The notes under the pieces are model-generated. The model was not told the DNA's origin and did no database searches. It was given only the letters and a program-made list of their open reading frames with translations. Shown here piece by piece: positions 9,988-20,332 of a stretch of 64,000 nt of DNA. Source of the DNA: an uncultured Gammaproteobacteria bacterium (GTDB lineage: Bacteria > Pseudomonadota > Gammaproteobacteria > SZUA-229); assembly GCA_963807625.1 (NCBI GenBank), contig CAWECN010000012.1:259583-323582 (forward strand), given 5' to 3'. Positions within the stretch are counted from its first letter, which is position 1; each line of letters starts with the position of its first letter. The position numbers were made by a program, and so were the translations under genes.

Positions 9988-11358
9988 ATGGACTCCTCCT
10001 CGTTTGCAAGTAATCAGTTAATGGCTGTTGGCTCGACTGCATACGTATATCCGGCCTCTTAAGTTGGCATACGTTGATGCCGGGCCATAATGGGTTGTTC
10101 GCGCGCAGATTCCCTATTGCTATTACGTGTTTTTACACACTCGGACGTTCTCGGGTTTTATCCGCGCCGGTTCGACCTATTTGCCATCACACAGCTTACT
10201 TCGCAATCATCAATGGATTGTTTTTACTTGTAACATTTTTTAACTTGCCATTACTGGACTAAAGTCTGGATCATACTCAACCCCTTTGCTCATTATTACC
10301 CAGGCCATTCTCGCCATCTTGTTTGCCATTGCACAAGCTGCAACATTGGCATGTCGCCGGTCTTGCAGGTTTGTTATCCAGCGACTCAGGCGGTCATCTT
10401 TATCTTTTGCCGTGCGCATCGCAGAACGCGCACCGTGAACCAATAAGCACCGTAGATAGGCATCACCTCGTTTGCTTATGCCAAGTAGCCGGTCTTTACC
10501 GCCAGAGCTATGTTGCCTTGGGGTTAAACCGATGGCCGCTGCCATATCTCGGCCTTTACGGTATTGTTTCGCATCACCCATGGTGGCAACAAGGGCTGTC
10601 GCGATTAATGGGCCTACACCGCGCAGTTGCTGTAAACGTTTAGCCACTGGATTTTCTTGCGCGATAACCGCTACCTGCTTATCAAGTTCAGACATGCGTT
10701 TATCCAATGAAAGTAGGTCTTCCCACAATCCGTGTAATAGCTGCCTGAAAAACATCGTTAGACCATTGTCCGCATCTTCTAACCACTCAGGTATGGCTTT
10801 GCGCAATGACAATAATTCTTTTGGCGCCACTAAACCGTATTCAGTTACCAGGCCTCGTATCTGATTTGCTTTGGCAATACGATGACTCTTTATTTCGTGT
10901 CTGATACGGTGAACAGCCTGCAGATCTTGTTGCTCAATCGTTTTTACTTTGACGGGATGCATGTTAGGGCGAACCATTGCCTCACAGATTGCCTGTGCGT
11001 CATTAGCGTCGTTCTTGTTACTTTTACGAAGGGCTTTACGAATTGAGGGGGGATGATTTTTACCTCGTAGCCTTTTTCAAGCAGAAGCCTTGACCAGTGA
11101 TGGGCGCCAGCACATGCTTCCATACCAATTACCGTGCCTGGCTCTGCTGTTTCAAATAACTCCTTTAACCATTTATCTCTGGATAACTTCCGCTTCCAGA
11201 CAGTTTTACCTTTATGATCAGCGCCATGTAATTGAAAAACATTTTTTGCTAAATCAACACCAATTCGATTAATCTTCATCTCGGGCTCCTCTTTATCGTT
11301 AACTGAAAACTCAATCTCAGTTTGGCACATTGATGCCGATAGGTGAGGAGGAGTCCAT
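9988..11358 (-). mobile_element. IS110-family insertion sequence (~1.37 kb) with 14-bp terminal inverted repeats
   Basis: ATGGACTCCTCCTC at 9988–10001 is the exact reverse complement of GAGGAGGAGTCCAT at 11345–11358. The repeats bracket an IS110-type transposase gene. Confidence 0.7.
10240..11279 (-). pseudogene. IS110-family transposase, disrupted by a 1-nt frameshift
   Basis: The N-terminal DEDD domain is in ORF 10944..11363 (MKINRIGVDLAKNVFQLHG...MEACAGAHHW...IPPQFVKPFVK). The C-terminal domain is in ORF 10240..10977 (RPNMHPVKVKTIEQQ...LRGVGPLIATALVATMGD...GLTPRQHSSGGKDRLLGISKRGDAYLRCLL). The frames join only if one A is added in the A4 run after FVKPFVK, which yields ...SNKNDANDAQAICEAMVRPNM. 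Confidence 0.75.
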
Positions 11359-11475
11359 CCCATTGCTATTGGCTGATAACCGTCATCAAGAGCATAAAAG
11401 TTTGATGCTTGGTATAGTAGTGGCTAGAAACTTTACCAATAACATATTTTATACATCACAAAAGAGGATTAACTA

Positions 11476-11694
11476 ATGAGTTTAGATCGAATGATCAATG
11501 CAATGGCGGGATTTTTTATTTTACTTTCCCTTGGTTTGGGTGTCGAAGCTAGCCCAATATTCCACAGTGTATACTGGTTGTGGTTTACCGCGTTTGTTGG
11601 GGCCAATCTTCTTCAGTCTTCATTTACTGGTTTTTGCCCAGCGGCCCTAATCTTTAAAAAGCTCGGTGCAAAACCCGGCGCGGCATTTAATTAA
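11476..11694 (+). CDS. DUF2892 (YgaP-like) small inner-membrane protein
   Basis: 72-aa two-TM ORF with the conserved LLQSSFTGFCP motif of DUF2892. Confidence 0.55.
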   Translation: MSLDRMINAMAGFFILLSLGLGVEASPIFHSVYWLWFTAFVGANLLQSSFTGFCPAALIFKKLGAKPGAAFN

Positions 11695-11710
11695 AATAGT
11701 ATTGTAAGCA

Positions 11711-11741
11711 AAACAGCGGCTCCTTCGGGAGCCGTTTTTTA
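11711..11741. terminator. Bidirectional rho-independent terminator between the DUF2892 gene and gnd
   Basis: CGGCTCC-TTCG-GGAGCCG hairpin flanked by A-rich and T-rich runs. Confidence 0.75.
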
Positions 11742-11790
11742 TTGTCTTTAACGTCCATTATCGGCCGGAAACCTAGATTACGCAAATAGA

Positions 11791-13266
11791 TCATACTTCA
11801 TAAGTTGTAGAGGCAACCTTGCCACCGTGGCCAGTCCAGTCGGTATGGAAAAATTCGCCACGCGGCTTATCGAGGCGTTCATAGGTATGTGCACCAAAGT
11901 AGTCGCGCTGCGCCTGCAGCAAGTTTGCCGGCAGGCGTTCACTGCGGTAGCCATCGAAGTAAGACAACGCCGATGAAAATGCCGGAGCTGGAATACCGCT
12001 CTCGACAGCAAGTACCACAGCTTTGCGCCAGCCCGTCTCTGCAGTTTTCAGTGCATCGCTAAAGAAGGAGTCAAGCGCCAGGTTTTCCAGTTCAGGATTC
12101 TTGTCGTAGGCATCTTTTATATTGCCGAGGAAAGTACTGCGGATAATACAGCCACCTCGCCACATCAATGCGATCTCACCATAGTTAAGATCCCAGCCCA
12201 TCTCTCTTGCTGCTTCAGACATGAGCATAAAACCCTGTGCATAAGAGATGATCTTGGATGCGTACAGAGCATCGCGAAGTGCATCTATTATTGCTTTCTT
12301 GTCTGCTACTGGAGAAATCTCAGGGCCCGGACCAAGTATTGCAGAAGCACGAACACGCTCATCTTTCAATGACGACAGGATTCGGGCAAACACCGACTCA
12401 CCGATCAAGGTCAGTGGCACGCCGAACTCTAATGCGCTGATACCGGTCCATTTACCCGTGCCTTTCTGGCCAGCAGTATCGAGTATCTTGTCTAACAGTG
12501 GTTCACCATCTTCATCTTTGACCGCGAGGATATCCTTGGTGATATCGATCAGGTATGAATCGAGTACCCCGGTGTTCCATTCTTTGAACACTTCATGCAT
12601 CTCGTCACAGCTCATGCCGAGCGCATTCTCCATCAATGAATAGGCCTCACAGATCAGCTGCATATCACCGTATTCGATGCCGTTGTGCACCATCTTCACG
12701 AAGTGGCCGGCACCGTCCTGTCCTACCCACTGGCAACATGGCTCACCGTCGACTTTCGCCGACACCGCCTGGAAGATATCTTTAACCAGCGGCCATGCTT
12801 CGGGATCGCCACCTGGCATGATGGATGGACCAAAACGGGCACCCTCTTCGCCGCCTGAAACCCCGGTACCGATAAAGCGCAGACCTTTTTCTCTCAGGTA
12901 AGCGGTACGTCGTGTCGAATCAGGATAATGAGAATTACCACCATCGATGATGACATCACCCGGTTCGAGCAAAGGTATCAGCATATCGATGAAACTGTCG
13001 ACCACCTCACCGGCTTTAACCATCAGCATGACCTTTCGCGGCGTCGCCAGTGATGCGACCAGTTCTTCCATACTGTAGGTACCGATGATACTGGTACCTT
13101 TTGCTGGCCCCTCGATAAAGTCATCGACCTTGCTGGTGGTACGATTGAAGACAGCGACACGGTAACCGTGATCCGCCATATTCAGAACCAGGTTCTGCCC
13201 CATTACTGCAAGTCCGATAAGCCCGATATCTGCCTTTTCCATAGTTTTAGTTTCTCTTAGAGTCAT
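11791..13266 (-). CDS. gnd: 6-phosphogluconate dehydrogenase, decarboxylating
   Basis: [26 protein letters not shown] is the Rossmann N-terminus. Full-length similarity pattern to Gnd, about 480 aa. The probable true start is the internal Met at 13242. Confidence 0.9.
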   Translation of the reverse strand: MTLRETKTMEKADIGLIGLAVMGQNLVLNMADHGYRVAVFNRTTSKVDDFIEGPAKGTSIIGTYSMEELVASLATPRKVMLMVKAGEVVDSFIDMLIPLLEPGDVIIDGGNSHYPDSTRRTAYLREKGLRFIGTGVSGGEEGARFGPSIMPGGDPEAWPLVKDIFQAVSAKVDGEPCCQWVGQDGAGHFVKMVHNGIEYGDMQLICEAYSLMENALGMSCDEMHEVFKEWNTGVLDSYLIDITKDILAVKDEDGEPLLDKILDTAGQKGTGKWTGISALEFGVPLTLIGESVFARILSSLKDERVRASAILGPGPEISPVADKKAIIDALRDALYASKIISYAQGFMLMSEAAREMGWDLNYGEIALMWRGGCIIRSTFLGNIKDAYDKNPELENLALDSFFSDALKTAETGWRKAVVLAVESGIPAPAFSSALSYFDGYRSERLPANLLQAQRDYFGAHTYERLDKPRGEFFHTDWTGHGGKVASTTYEV

Positions 13267-13664
13267 TTTTATTAAGAATTATTTCATATCTATATTACAT
13301 ACAAGCAAGGATTAAGCCACGTGTTATTTACAATATTTTAATAACCGCTTTATCATCCGAAGCTATTATTTTTTAAAGCAGAAAAAACTGGCACAAGATT
13401 TGATAGGTATAATTCATGTGCATTTTTTGTCACAAAATTGTAAATTTCTGCACAATACAGGAACATCGTGATTGATCGTGGTGCATTTTTCTTACAATTT
13501 GAATCTAATAGATGCGATTATGGGTGACGTGACAACTAGTGATTTGATTCAGGTCAATAACATATTTGTAATCATCTATAAGCTTCACATGCAGCCGTTT
13601 ATACAGTAACCAGACAATTCTGACTTAATTTTTGATCTATCACTAAGGGATAAACAAGCTAATA

Positions 13665-14174
13665 ATGCCAGGTACTACAAACATACCATTGCAGTTTCTC
13701 AACCTGTGGTTGACATTACTGCTCATCTGGCTGATAGCCAACGGCAACCTGGCATCTGACACGGTTATCGCCGGCGTCGTTGTCTCTGCGGTTATCGCAC
13801 TGGCATTTTCTACCTTCGCGCGGGTCTACAGCGTCATCCGCTGGTCACCGAGGGTTATCTACTATTACCTGATGTATCTCGGCGTATTCTGTATCGAACT
13901 GTTCAAAGCCAATATCAATGTCATGCGGCTGGTATTCTCGCCACATATCGATATCAAACCCGGTATCGTCGAGATCAAGACCGAGCTAAAGTCACCGATC
14001 GGCCGGCTGGCACTGGCAAACAGCATTACCTTGACACCCGGTACGCTGGTCGTTGATATAAAGGATGATTCACTGTTTATCCACTGGATCAATATCGGTG
14101 CGACTGATCCGGTTGCTGCCAGCGAAGCGATCTCGGGACGTTTCGAAAAATACCTGAAGGTGATCTACGGATGA
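13665..14174 (+). CDS. MrpE/MnhE-like subunit (MbhA-like) of an Mrp–complex I hybrid complex
   Basis: 169 aa with N-terminal TM helices and the MnhE-type motif SITLTPGTLVVD. It is the first gene of the 11–12-gene operon. Confidence 0.7.
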   Translation: MPGTTNIPLQFLNLWLTLLLIWLIANGNLASDTVIAGVVVSAVIALAFSTFARVYSVIRWSPRVIYYYLMYLGVFCIELFKANINVMRLVFSPHIDIKPGIVEIKTELKSPIGRLALANSITLTPGTLVVDIKDDSLFIHWINIGATDPVAASEAISGRFEKYLKVIYG

Positions 14175-14180
14175 TGCTCG

Positions 14181-14456
14181 ATGACTGATTTTGGCATGAC
14201 AGAAATTACCATCGTCATCTCCTCTGTACTGATCTTTTTCAGTATCGTGTTCGGCATCGTACGCCTGGTGATCGGACCGGAGACGGTTGATCGCGTGGTC
14301 GCCATCGACCTGCTGACCATCGTGACTATCGCGCTGATCGCCCTGCTCGCACACCAGGCCGAGCGATACATCTATCTCGATGTCGCACTGGTCTATGGTC
14401 TGCTCAGTTTCCTCGGTGTGCTCGCCGTTGCCCGTTTCCTGGAAAAAGGTATCTGA
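14181..14456 (+). CDS. MrpF/MnhF-like subunit
   Basis: 91-aa three-TM protein with the topology and size of MrpF. Its position follows MrpE as in mrp/mbh operons. Confidence 0.6.
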   Translation: MTDFGMTEITIVISSVLIFFSIVFGIVRLVIGPETVDRVVAIDLLTIVTIALIALLAHQAERYIYLDVALVYGLLSFLGVLAVARFLEKGI

Positions 14457-14463
14457 TCTGCGT

Positions 14464-14736
14464 ATGTCTACTCTCGTCATCACATTATTAACTGTCGTAC
14501 TATGTGCAGGTATCCTGATCGGGGGCCTGCTTGCAGTCATACTCAATAATATGGTCAGCGCGGTAATCAGCGCCGGCCTTGCCAGCCTGTTCGCTTCCGT
14601 GGTCTACGTGGTGCTGGCCGCACCCGATGTGGCGATGACCGAGGCGTCTATCGGCTCCGGCCTGACCACCATGATCTTTCTCTATGCTATCCGTAAAACA
14701 CAGAGCGCAGAGTCAGATAGCGAGGAGGACAAATGA
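14464..14736 (+). CDS. MbhD-like subunit (DUF4040, MrpA C-terminal-like)
   Basis: The internal start MSTLVITLL... of ORF 14380..14736 carries the conserved APDVAMTEASIGSGL motif of DUF4040/MbhD. Confidence 0.55.
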   Translation: MSTLVITLLTVVLCAGILIGGLLAVILNNMVSAVISAGLASLFASVVYVVLAAPDVAMTEASIGSGLTTMIFLYAIRKTQSAESDSEEDK

Positions 14737-15089
14737 CGTTTCTCGGTGATATCGTTGGCAACCTGTTCCTGATCATCGGTTCGCTGTTCCTGTTTTCAGC
14801 AGGACTCGGTGTGTTGCGCATGCCTGACACCTACAACCGTATCCAGACCGGCACCAAAGCGACCACGCTGGGTACCATCATGGTGCTGATCGGGCTGGCT
14901 TTTCTGCATCCGGCCTGGACCTTGAAACTCATCATCCTGATCTTCTTCGTCATGCTGACCAACCCGGTTTCATCACATGCACTGGCACGTGCCTCACACG
15001 CCACAGGCATACATGGAACTGAGGAAACAGTGATCGACCAGCTCACTGACGCTACCGAAAAAGATAATGTCGAGGTTAAACCGGAATGA
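14733..15089 (+). CDS. MrpG/MnhG-like subunit
   Basis: 118 aa. GLGVLRMPDTYNRIQTGTKATTLG matches the MnhG signature. The start overlaps the upstream gene's stop (ATGA), which suggests translational coupling. Confidence 0.7.
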   Translation: MTFLGDIVGNLFLIIGSLFLFSAGLGVLRMPDTYNRIQTGTKATTLGTIMVLIGLAFLHPAWTLKLIILIFFVMLTNPVSSHALARASHATGIHGTEETVIDQLTDATEKDNVEVKPE

Positions 15090-15829
15090 TCAAACGAATC
15101 TTCATCTTTTTGATGCTCGTTCTGATGGCGATGATCTTTTTCAACCTTGCCGCGAACTATACCGAGAATACTTCGCTGTCCAAACTCGGCCACTACTATG
15201 CTGACAGAGGCCCCGAGGAACTGGGTGCACCCAATCTTGTTACCGCCGTGGTGGTGACCTATCGCGGCCTGGATACACTGGGTGAAGTCACTGTGCTGTT
15301 CATCTCTGCCGCCGGTGTCGGCCTGCTGCTGCGCCGTACCCGACGCAACCAGGATGATGATGAAGGTCTCGAAAAAGGTGACCGTGCGGAAGAGACAGCG
15401 GGCATACATAAACCTGCCAGTGAGATCGTCGAAACCGCCACCGAACTGTTGCTGCCGATGGTGATCCTTTTCGGTGTCTATGTCTTCATGAATGGTCACC
15501 TCTCGCCCGGTGGCGGATTCCAGGGCGGTGCGATCATCGCCTCTGGCACCATGTTCCTGCTGCTGGCATTACCGGAGTCACACATCAGCCGATTGATGAT
15601 CGCAGTCACAGAATCGCTGTCTGGCTTCAGCTACGTCGTGGTCGGTGTGCTCGGCGTTACTCTGGCAGGCGGCTTTCTCGACAACCGTATCATGGATCTT
15701 GGCACCTATGGCCACCTGTTCAGTGCCGGCGCGATACCGCTGATCTACACCTTCGTCGGCCTCAAGGTCGGTTTTGAACTGAGCGCAGTACTCGACCGCT
15801 TCCGCAAGGAGGACACCGGCCCGGTATGA
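15086..15829 (+). CDS. MrpB/MnhB-domain subunit
   Basis: 247 aa. NLVTAVVVTYRGLDTLGEVTVL is the MnhB motif, and GHLSPGGGFQGG is present. ATGA overlap with the upstream gene. Confidence 0.65.
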   Translation: MIKRIFIFLMLVLMAMIFFNLAANYTENTSLSKLGHYYADRGPEELGAPNLVTAVVVTYRGLDTLGEVTVLFISAAGVGLLLRRTRRNQDDDEGLEKGDRAEETAGIHKPASEIVETATELLLPMVILFGVYVFMNGHLSPGGGFQGGAIIASGTMFLLLALPESHISRLMIAVTESLSGFSYVVVGVLGVTLAGGFLDNRIMDLGTYGHLFSAGAIPLIYTFVGLKVGFELSAVLDRFRKEDTGPV

Positions 15830-16206
15830 ACATGCTAACCGACATCCCGATTTCACTCATCGTTCTGTGCAGCGGCCTGGCCCTGATACTGATCGGCATG
15901 TGGGGCATGCTGACACAGCGTAACATGATCCGCATGATCATCGGCTTCTCGCTGACCGATACCGGTATCCACATGGTCATGGTATCGATAGGTTATGTCA
16001 CCGGCGGCACGGCGCCGATCATCAACGATGCGGTACCCATAGCCGATGCCGTTAACATGGTGGTTGATCCGGTACCCTCTGCACTGGTTCTCACCGCCAT
16101 CGTGATCGGTCTCGGTGTTACCGCGGTGATGCTGGCCTTTGCAGTTCGTATCTATAAAGCGCGCAACACTTTAAACATCGATGAATGTACGGAGTCGAAA
16201 TGGTAA
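15826..16206 (+). CDS. MrpC/NuoK-like subunit
   Basis: 126-aa three-TM protein of the NuoK/MrpC family (GMWGMLTQRNMIRMIIGFSL). Confidence 0.7.
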   Translation: MNMLTDIPISLIVLCSGLALILIGMWGMLTQRNMIRMIIGFSLTDTGIHMVMVSIGYVTGGTAPIINDAVPIADAVNMVVDPVPSALVLTAIVIGLGVTAVMLAFAVRIYKARNTLNIDECTESKW

Positions 16207-19200
16207 CGGCAAGTCTGTTAGATACATTGCTGCAGCCATTGAGCATCTACGTACTCGCACTCGGTGCGGGTTTCCTGATTCCGCTGTTCGACCGTGCCCA
16301 CCGCGGCTCGGCGATAATGGTTTTCATGCTCGCCCTGGCGGGCCTGGTAGTAATCGCCGGCTTTAACCTGCTGGCCATCATCAACGGTGCACCGGCCATC
16401 GATATCGAAACCGCCGGCATAAAACCGCCGTTTTCCATCAATTTACGATTTGGCCTGTTCGAAGGCGGCTTCGTGCTCGCCGTCAATACCGCCGCATTAC
16501 TGGGCGCCTGGCATTACCTGCCGAAACTGAAAGAACACGCCTCTGCGCTGCTGCTCTACCTGATCCTGGTGATGGGCATCAACGGCATGGTGATGACCCG
16601 CGACCTGTTTAACCTGTTTATCTTCATCGAGATCACATCGATCGCCACCTACGCGCTGATCGGCATGGAGCGCACCGGCAGTGTGCTGGCCGCCGGTTTT
16701 AAATACATCATCGCGACTTCGATCGCATCGGCATTTTTCCTGCTAGGCACCATCTTTATCTATTACCAGACGGGCACGCTGAACATCGATGACATCATCG
16801 CGCACAGTGCGGCGATCCAGGGCCCTATCGGCTTTATCGCCACCCTGTTCGTACTTACCGGCCTGCTCATCGAACTCAAACCCTACCCGGCTAACGGCTG
16901 GGGGCTGGATGTTTATGAAACCGCTCCCAGCGGCATCGCCTCATTGATTTCTGTGGGTGTTTCTGCCGGTGTATTTTTTGCGGTATATAAGGTGCTACCG
17001 CTGGCGGGTGACTTCTTGCAGAGCATCGCGATAATCGGCGGATTCACCTTCCTGTTTTCAAACGTTATCGGCCTGAAGCAGGAAAACGCCAAACGTCTGC
17101 TCGGGTATTCATCTATCGGCCAGATGGGACTGCTAACCATGGCACTGGCATTACTGGCACAGATGGATAGCGGTACCCAGGCACCGATTATTATCGGCGG
17201 CCTGTTTGTTAATCACCTGCTGGCCAAGGCAGGACTGTTCTGGCTCGCTGGTTTAGTCGATCGAAAAAGTATCCGTGACTGGTCAGTGATTACCAAAAAT
17301 CGTGGCATGTTACTACTGCTCGGCATCATGATAGTTGCATTGGTCGGCCTGCCGCCTTTCCCCGGGTTCTGGGCGAAATGGGAACTGGTCATGCTGCTGG
17401 CCAGCAATGAACTGTTTGGCTGGATCGCACTGGTATTGCTCGGCTCACTGCTGGAAGCCGCCTATTTGTTCCGCTGGTTCAGTTACGCACAACAGACTGA
17501 CGAATCACAAACAGAATCTACCGCTAGTTACTCACCTGCCACATACTGGCAGCAGGCACCCATCGCCATCGCTGCACTGCTACTGTTTGCAACTGGCTAT
17601 ATCATGGCGATGGTCATGCAGGTCGTTACCCCCGAATTATTCCTGCCGCTGGTGGCCGGCCTGGTGCTCTGGTTGATCGACGGTGTACCCGGACGCTTCA
17701 AAAATCTACCGATGCTGGTTGCTGTTGGTGTCTGTGGCTACCTGCTTACCAATGAACTCGAAGGCATCAACCGCCTGTTCAGTTACCTGCTGATTGGCGG
17801 CGGCCTGCTGGTAAGCATCGCTGCGATGTACCGCAATGATGCACGCAGGGGTTTCTACCCGCTGCTCGCAGTCCTGTTACTGTCGCTGGCCACCCTGTTA
17901 CGCGCACAGACCACGCTGGAATTTTTCTTTGGCTGGGAACTGATGACGCTGAGCTCCTACCTGCTGGTAACACTGGGACGAGACAGCCTGCATAACGGCA
18001 TCAAACCTGCGTTGACTTACCTGCTGTTCTCACTCGGTTCAGCCTATTTCATACTCACTGGTTTCGCCGTCGCTTATGGCGTTAGCGGCAGCCTGCTATT
18101 AAGCAGCCTTGGCAATAGCGGCGACTCGACAGGCATCATCTTCAGCCTGCTGGCACTCGGCTTCCTCATCAAGATGGGCGGTTTCGGCGTACACATCTGG
18201 TTGCCTGGCGCCTATGCTGAATCGGATGATGACTTCACCGCTATCCTCTCTGCCGTGGTCAGCAAGGCCGGCGTCTTCGGCCTGATCATCGTCGCTGCCC
18301 AGCTGGGAATACGCTCCGATATCGGGCTCGAGCCGGCTTATGTGCTCGGCTGGATCGGTATCCTCACCGCCACGTTCGGTGCCTTGATGGCCGTGTTCCA
18401 GGAAGACATCAAAAAACTGGTGGCCTATTCCAGTATGGGTCAGCTGGGTTACATCGTCACAGGTGTCGCCCTGATGAGCCACCTAGGCTGGGTATCAGCC
18501 ATGTATATGACGGTCAATCACTTCCTGTTCAAAGGCATCCTGTTCCTGTCGGTCGCCGGCATCATCCTGCGCACCAACCAGCGCATGATGTACAAGATGG
18601 GCGGCCTGATCAAGAACATGCCATTTACTTTCACCTTCACCATGATCGCGATCATCGCCATGTCCGGGGTGCCGCCGCTGACCGGTTTTGGCGGCAAGTG
18701 GATGCTGTTCAACGCACTGATGGAGAAAGGCTGGTACTGGATCGCAGCGCTGGCGTTCTTCTCCAGCGCTGTTGCATTCCTCTATATGTTCCGCCTGCTG
18801 CAGACCGTGTTTCTCGGCCAGCGCAAGCTCGAACATCACAAGTTACGCGAAGCCCCGGCTATCCTGCTGATCCCGCAGGGTGTAATGATCGCCTGCATCA
18901 TGGTGGTCTCGGCGTATCCGAAACTGCTGCTTGATCCTGTATCCGCAGCCATCGATCCGTGGATCGCCAATACCCTGGTGTGGGAAGGCACCGCGATGGT
19001 GGCACACTTCGGTTACTGGAATGCACCGATGATCATGGCCGTGGTCGCCGGTGTCTGGATGGTGCCGCTGATACTGCTGCTGCTGATCTCACTGACCTTA
19101 AAGATCCAGAAAGTCGAGCAGTTCAATATCGTATTTGCAGCTGAACGTCCTCGCCGTCCGGAAGAGACACATTTTGCCTATAACTTTTTTGCGCATTACG

Positions 19201-19385
19201 ACCGCGCCATCGGCTTCCTGGTAAGACCGCGGGCGACCGCATTCTGGAACACCGTGGCCGAGTGGAGCCACACCATGGCATCATCACTACGCATTTTCTA
19301 TAGCGGTAACGGCCAGACCTATGCACTATTCGTCATCATGTATTTTGTTGCCATGTTCCTGCTTAATGGAGGACTCGCCCTGTGA
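16185..19385 (+). CDS. Fused tandem antiporter-like subunit (two MrpD/NuoL/M/N modules in one 1066-aa polypeptide)
   Basis: Module 1, about aa 1–500, has FIEITSIATYALIG and LGYSSIGQMG. Module 2, about aa 560–1000, has FFFGWELMTLSSYLLV and VAYSSMGQLGYIVTG. Both are hallmark motifs of proton-pumping NuoL/M/N and MrpA/D subunits. Confidence 0.75.
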   Translation: MYGVEMVTASLLDTLLQPLSIYVLALGAGFLIPLFDRAHRGSAIMVFMLALAGLVVIAGFNLLAIINGAPAIDIETAGIKPPFSINLRFGLFEGGFVLAVNTAALLGAWHYLPKLKEHASALLLYLILVMGINGMVMTRDLFNLFIFIEITSIATYALIGMERTGSVLAAGFKYIIATSIASAFFLLGTIFIYYQTGTLNIDDIIAHSAAIQGPIGFIATLFVLTGLLIELKPYPANGWGLDVYETAPSGIASLISVGVSAGVFFAVYKVLPLAGDFLQSIAIIGGFTFLFSNVIGLKQENAKRLLGYSSIGQMGLLTMALALLAQMDSGTQAPIIIGGLFVNHLLAKAGLFWLAGLVDRKSIRDWSVITKNRGMLLLLGIMIVALVGLPPFPGFWAKWELVMLLASNELFGWIALVLLGSLLEAAYLFRWFSYAQQTDESQTESTASYSPATYWQQAPIAIAALLLFATGYIMAMVMQVVTPELFLPLVAGLVLWLIDGVPGRFKNLPMLVAVGVCGYLLTNELEGINRLFSYLLIGGGLLVSIAAMYRNDARRGFYPLLAVLLLSLATLLRAQTTLEFFFGWELMTLSSYLLVTLGRDSLHNGIKPALTYLLFSLGSAYFILTGFAVAYGVSGSLLLSSLGNSGDSTGIIFSLLALGFLIKMGGFGVHIWLPGAYAESDDDFTAILSAVVSKAGVFGLIIVAAQLGIRSDIGLEPAYVLGWIGILTATFGALMAVFQEDIKKLVAYSSMGQLGYIVTGVALMSHLGWVSAMYMTVNHFLFKGILFLSVAGIILRTNQRMMYKMGGLIKNMPFTFTFTMIAIIAMSGVPPLTGFGGKWMLFNALMEKGWYWIAALAFFSSAVAFLYMFRLLQTVFLGQRKLEHHKLREAPAILLIPQGVMIACIMVVSAYPKLLLDPVSAAIDPWIANTLVWEGTAMVAHFGYWNAPMIMAVVAGVWMVPLILLLLISLTLKIQKVEQFNIVFAAERPRRPEETHFAYNFFAHYDRAIGFLVRPRATAFWNTVAEWSHTMASSLRIFYSGNGQTYALFVIMYFVAMFLLNGGLAL

Positions 19386-20320
19386 TCTTCGATAGTATGA
19401 GCGAATGGCTGTCCAAAGCCGGTTATTTTTCACTTACTTTATTGATAGTAACGTTCTACGGATTGTTCGTCGGCGCATGTATCGAACGTATCATCGCCAA
19501 GGTACAGGGCCGTATCGGTATCCCCTACTCACAGCCGTTCATAAATATCCTGAAGAACTTCTTTAAACGTACCGCCATCAGCCACGGCATCATGTTCTAC
19601 CTCGGCCCGGTATTCCGTATCGCCGGCGGTATCGGTACCCTGGCTTTCATACCGGTTATCTACGGCAGTGAAATGTTCTCTAATTTCAGCGCGGCCGGTG
19701 ACCTGTTCCTGGTAATCTATTTCATGTTTTTCGGCCAGCTGGGTATGGCGCTGGGCGCCGGTGAAAGCGGACATCCTTACGCTGCCATCGGCATCGCCCG
19801 CGGCCTGTCGCAGATGACCGCCTATGAAGTACCGTTTGCACTGGCGGTTATCTCCATCGTCATCCAGTACGACACCCTGTCTATCAACGAGATCGTCGCT
19901 GCCCAGCAAGGCGGCTGGCAGAACTGGACGATGGTCACCAACTGGGTGGCGACGCTGGCTGCGATGCTGGCATTCCTCGGCATGACCGGTTACTCGCCGT
20001 TTGATATCTTCCTGGCACCACAGGAGATCCCGATCGGCCCACCCACCGAATTTCACAGCTCCTATCTTTCCCTGCTGCAGATCAACCGTGCGCTGTTCGG
20101 TGCCACCAAGCTGGTACTGTTCATGAACCTGTTTTTCGGCGGTGCCACCGGCTGGGTCGAACTGATGATCAAGACCTTCCTGATCTATATGGTCGCCATC
20201 GTCGTCGGCGTCGCCTTCCCGCGCTTCAGGGTCGACCAGGCGATTCGTTTCTTCTTTAAAATCCCGACCCTTATTGGGATAATGTCAATCGTATACGTGC
20301 AGATGGTACTGACTGCCTAA
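19382..20320 (+). CDS. NuoH-like (MbhM/HyfC/CooK-like) membrane subunit
   Basis: 312-aa polytopic protein of the complex I subunit 1 family (GLFVGACIERIIAKVQGRIGIPYSQPF). ATGA coupling with the upstream gene. Confidence 0.75.
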   Translation: MIFDSMSEWLSKAGYFSLTLLIVTFYGLFVGACIERIIAKVQGRIGIPYSQPFINILKNFFKRTAISHGIMFYLGPVFRIAGGIGTLAFIPVIYGSEMFSNFSAAGDLFLVIYFMFFGQLGMALGAGESGHPYAAIGIARGLSQMTAYEVPFALAVISIVIQYDTLSINEIVAAQQGGWQNWTMVTNWVATLAAMLAFLGMTGYSPFDIFLAPQEIPIGPPTEFHSSYLSLLQINRALFGATKLVLFMNLFFGGATGWVELMIKTFLIYMVAIVVGVAFPRFRVDQAIRFFFKIPTLIGIMSIVYVQMVLTA

Positions 20321-20332
20321 TAGGACATAACT

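Noticed and set aside
10944-11363. N-terminal 28-aa extension (MGWTPPHLSASMCQTEIEFSVNDKEEPE) of the IS110 transposase ORF
   Set aside because: The extension would read through the element's terminal inverted repeat (11345–11358). Conserved IS110 N-termini start at MKINRIGVD, so the real start is at about 11279.
14070-15499. Minus-strand ORFs (14070..14546, 14165..14371, 14831..15499) across the mrpE-F-G-B region
   Set aside because: They are antisense to a tightly coupled plus-strand operon whose products carry specific Mrp-family motifs. The minus-strand products are His/Asp/Arg-rich artefacts.
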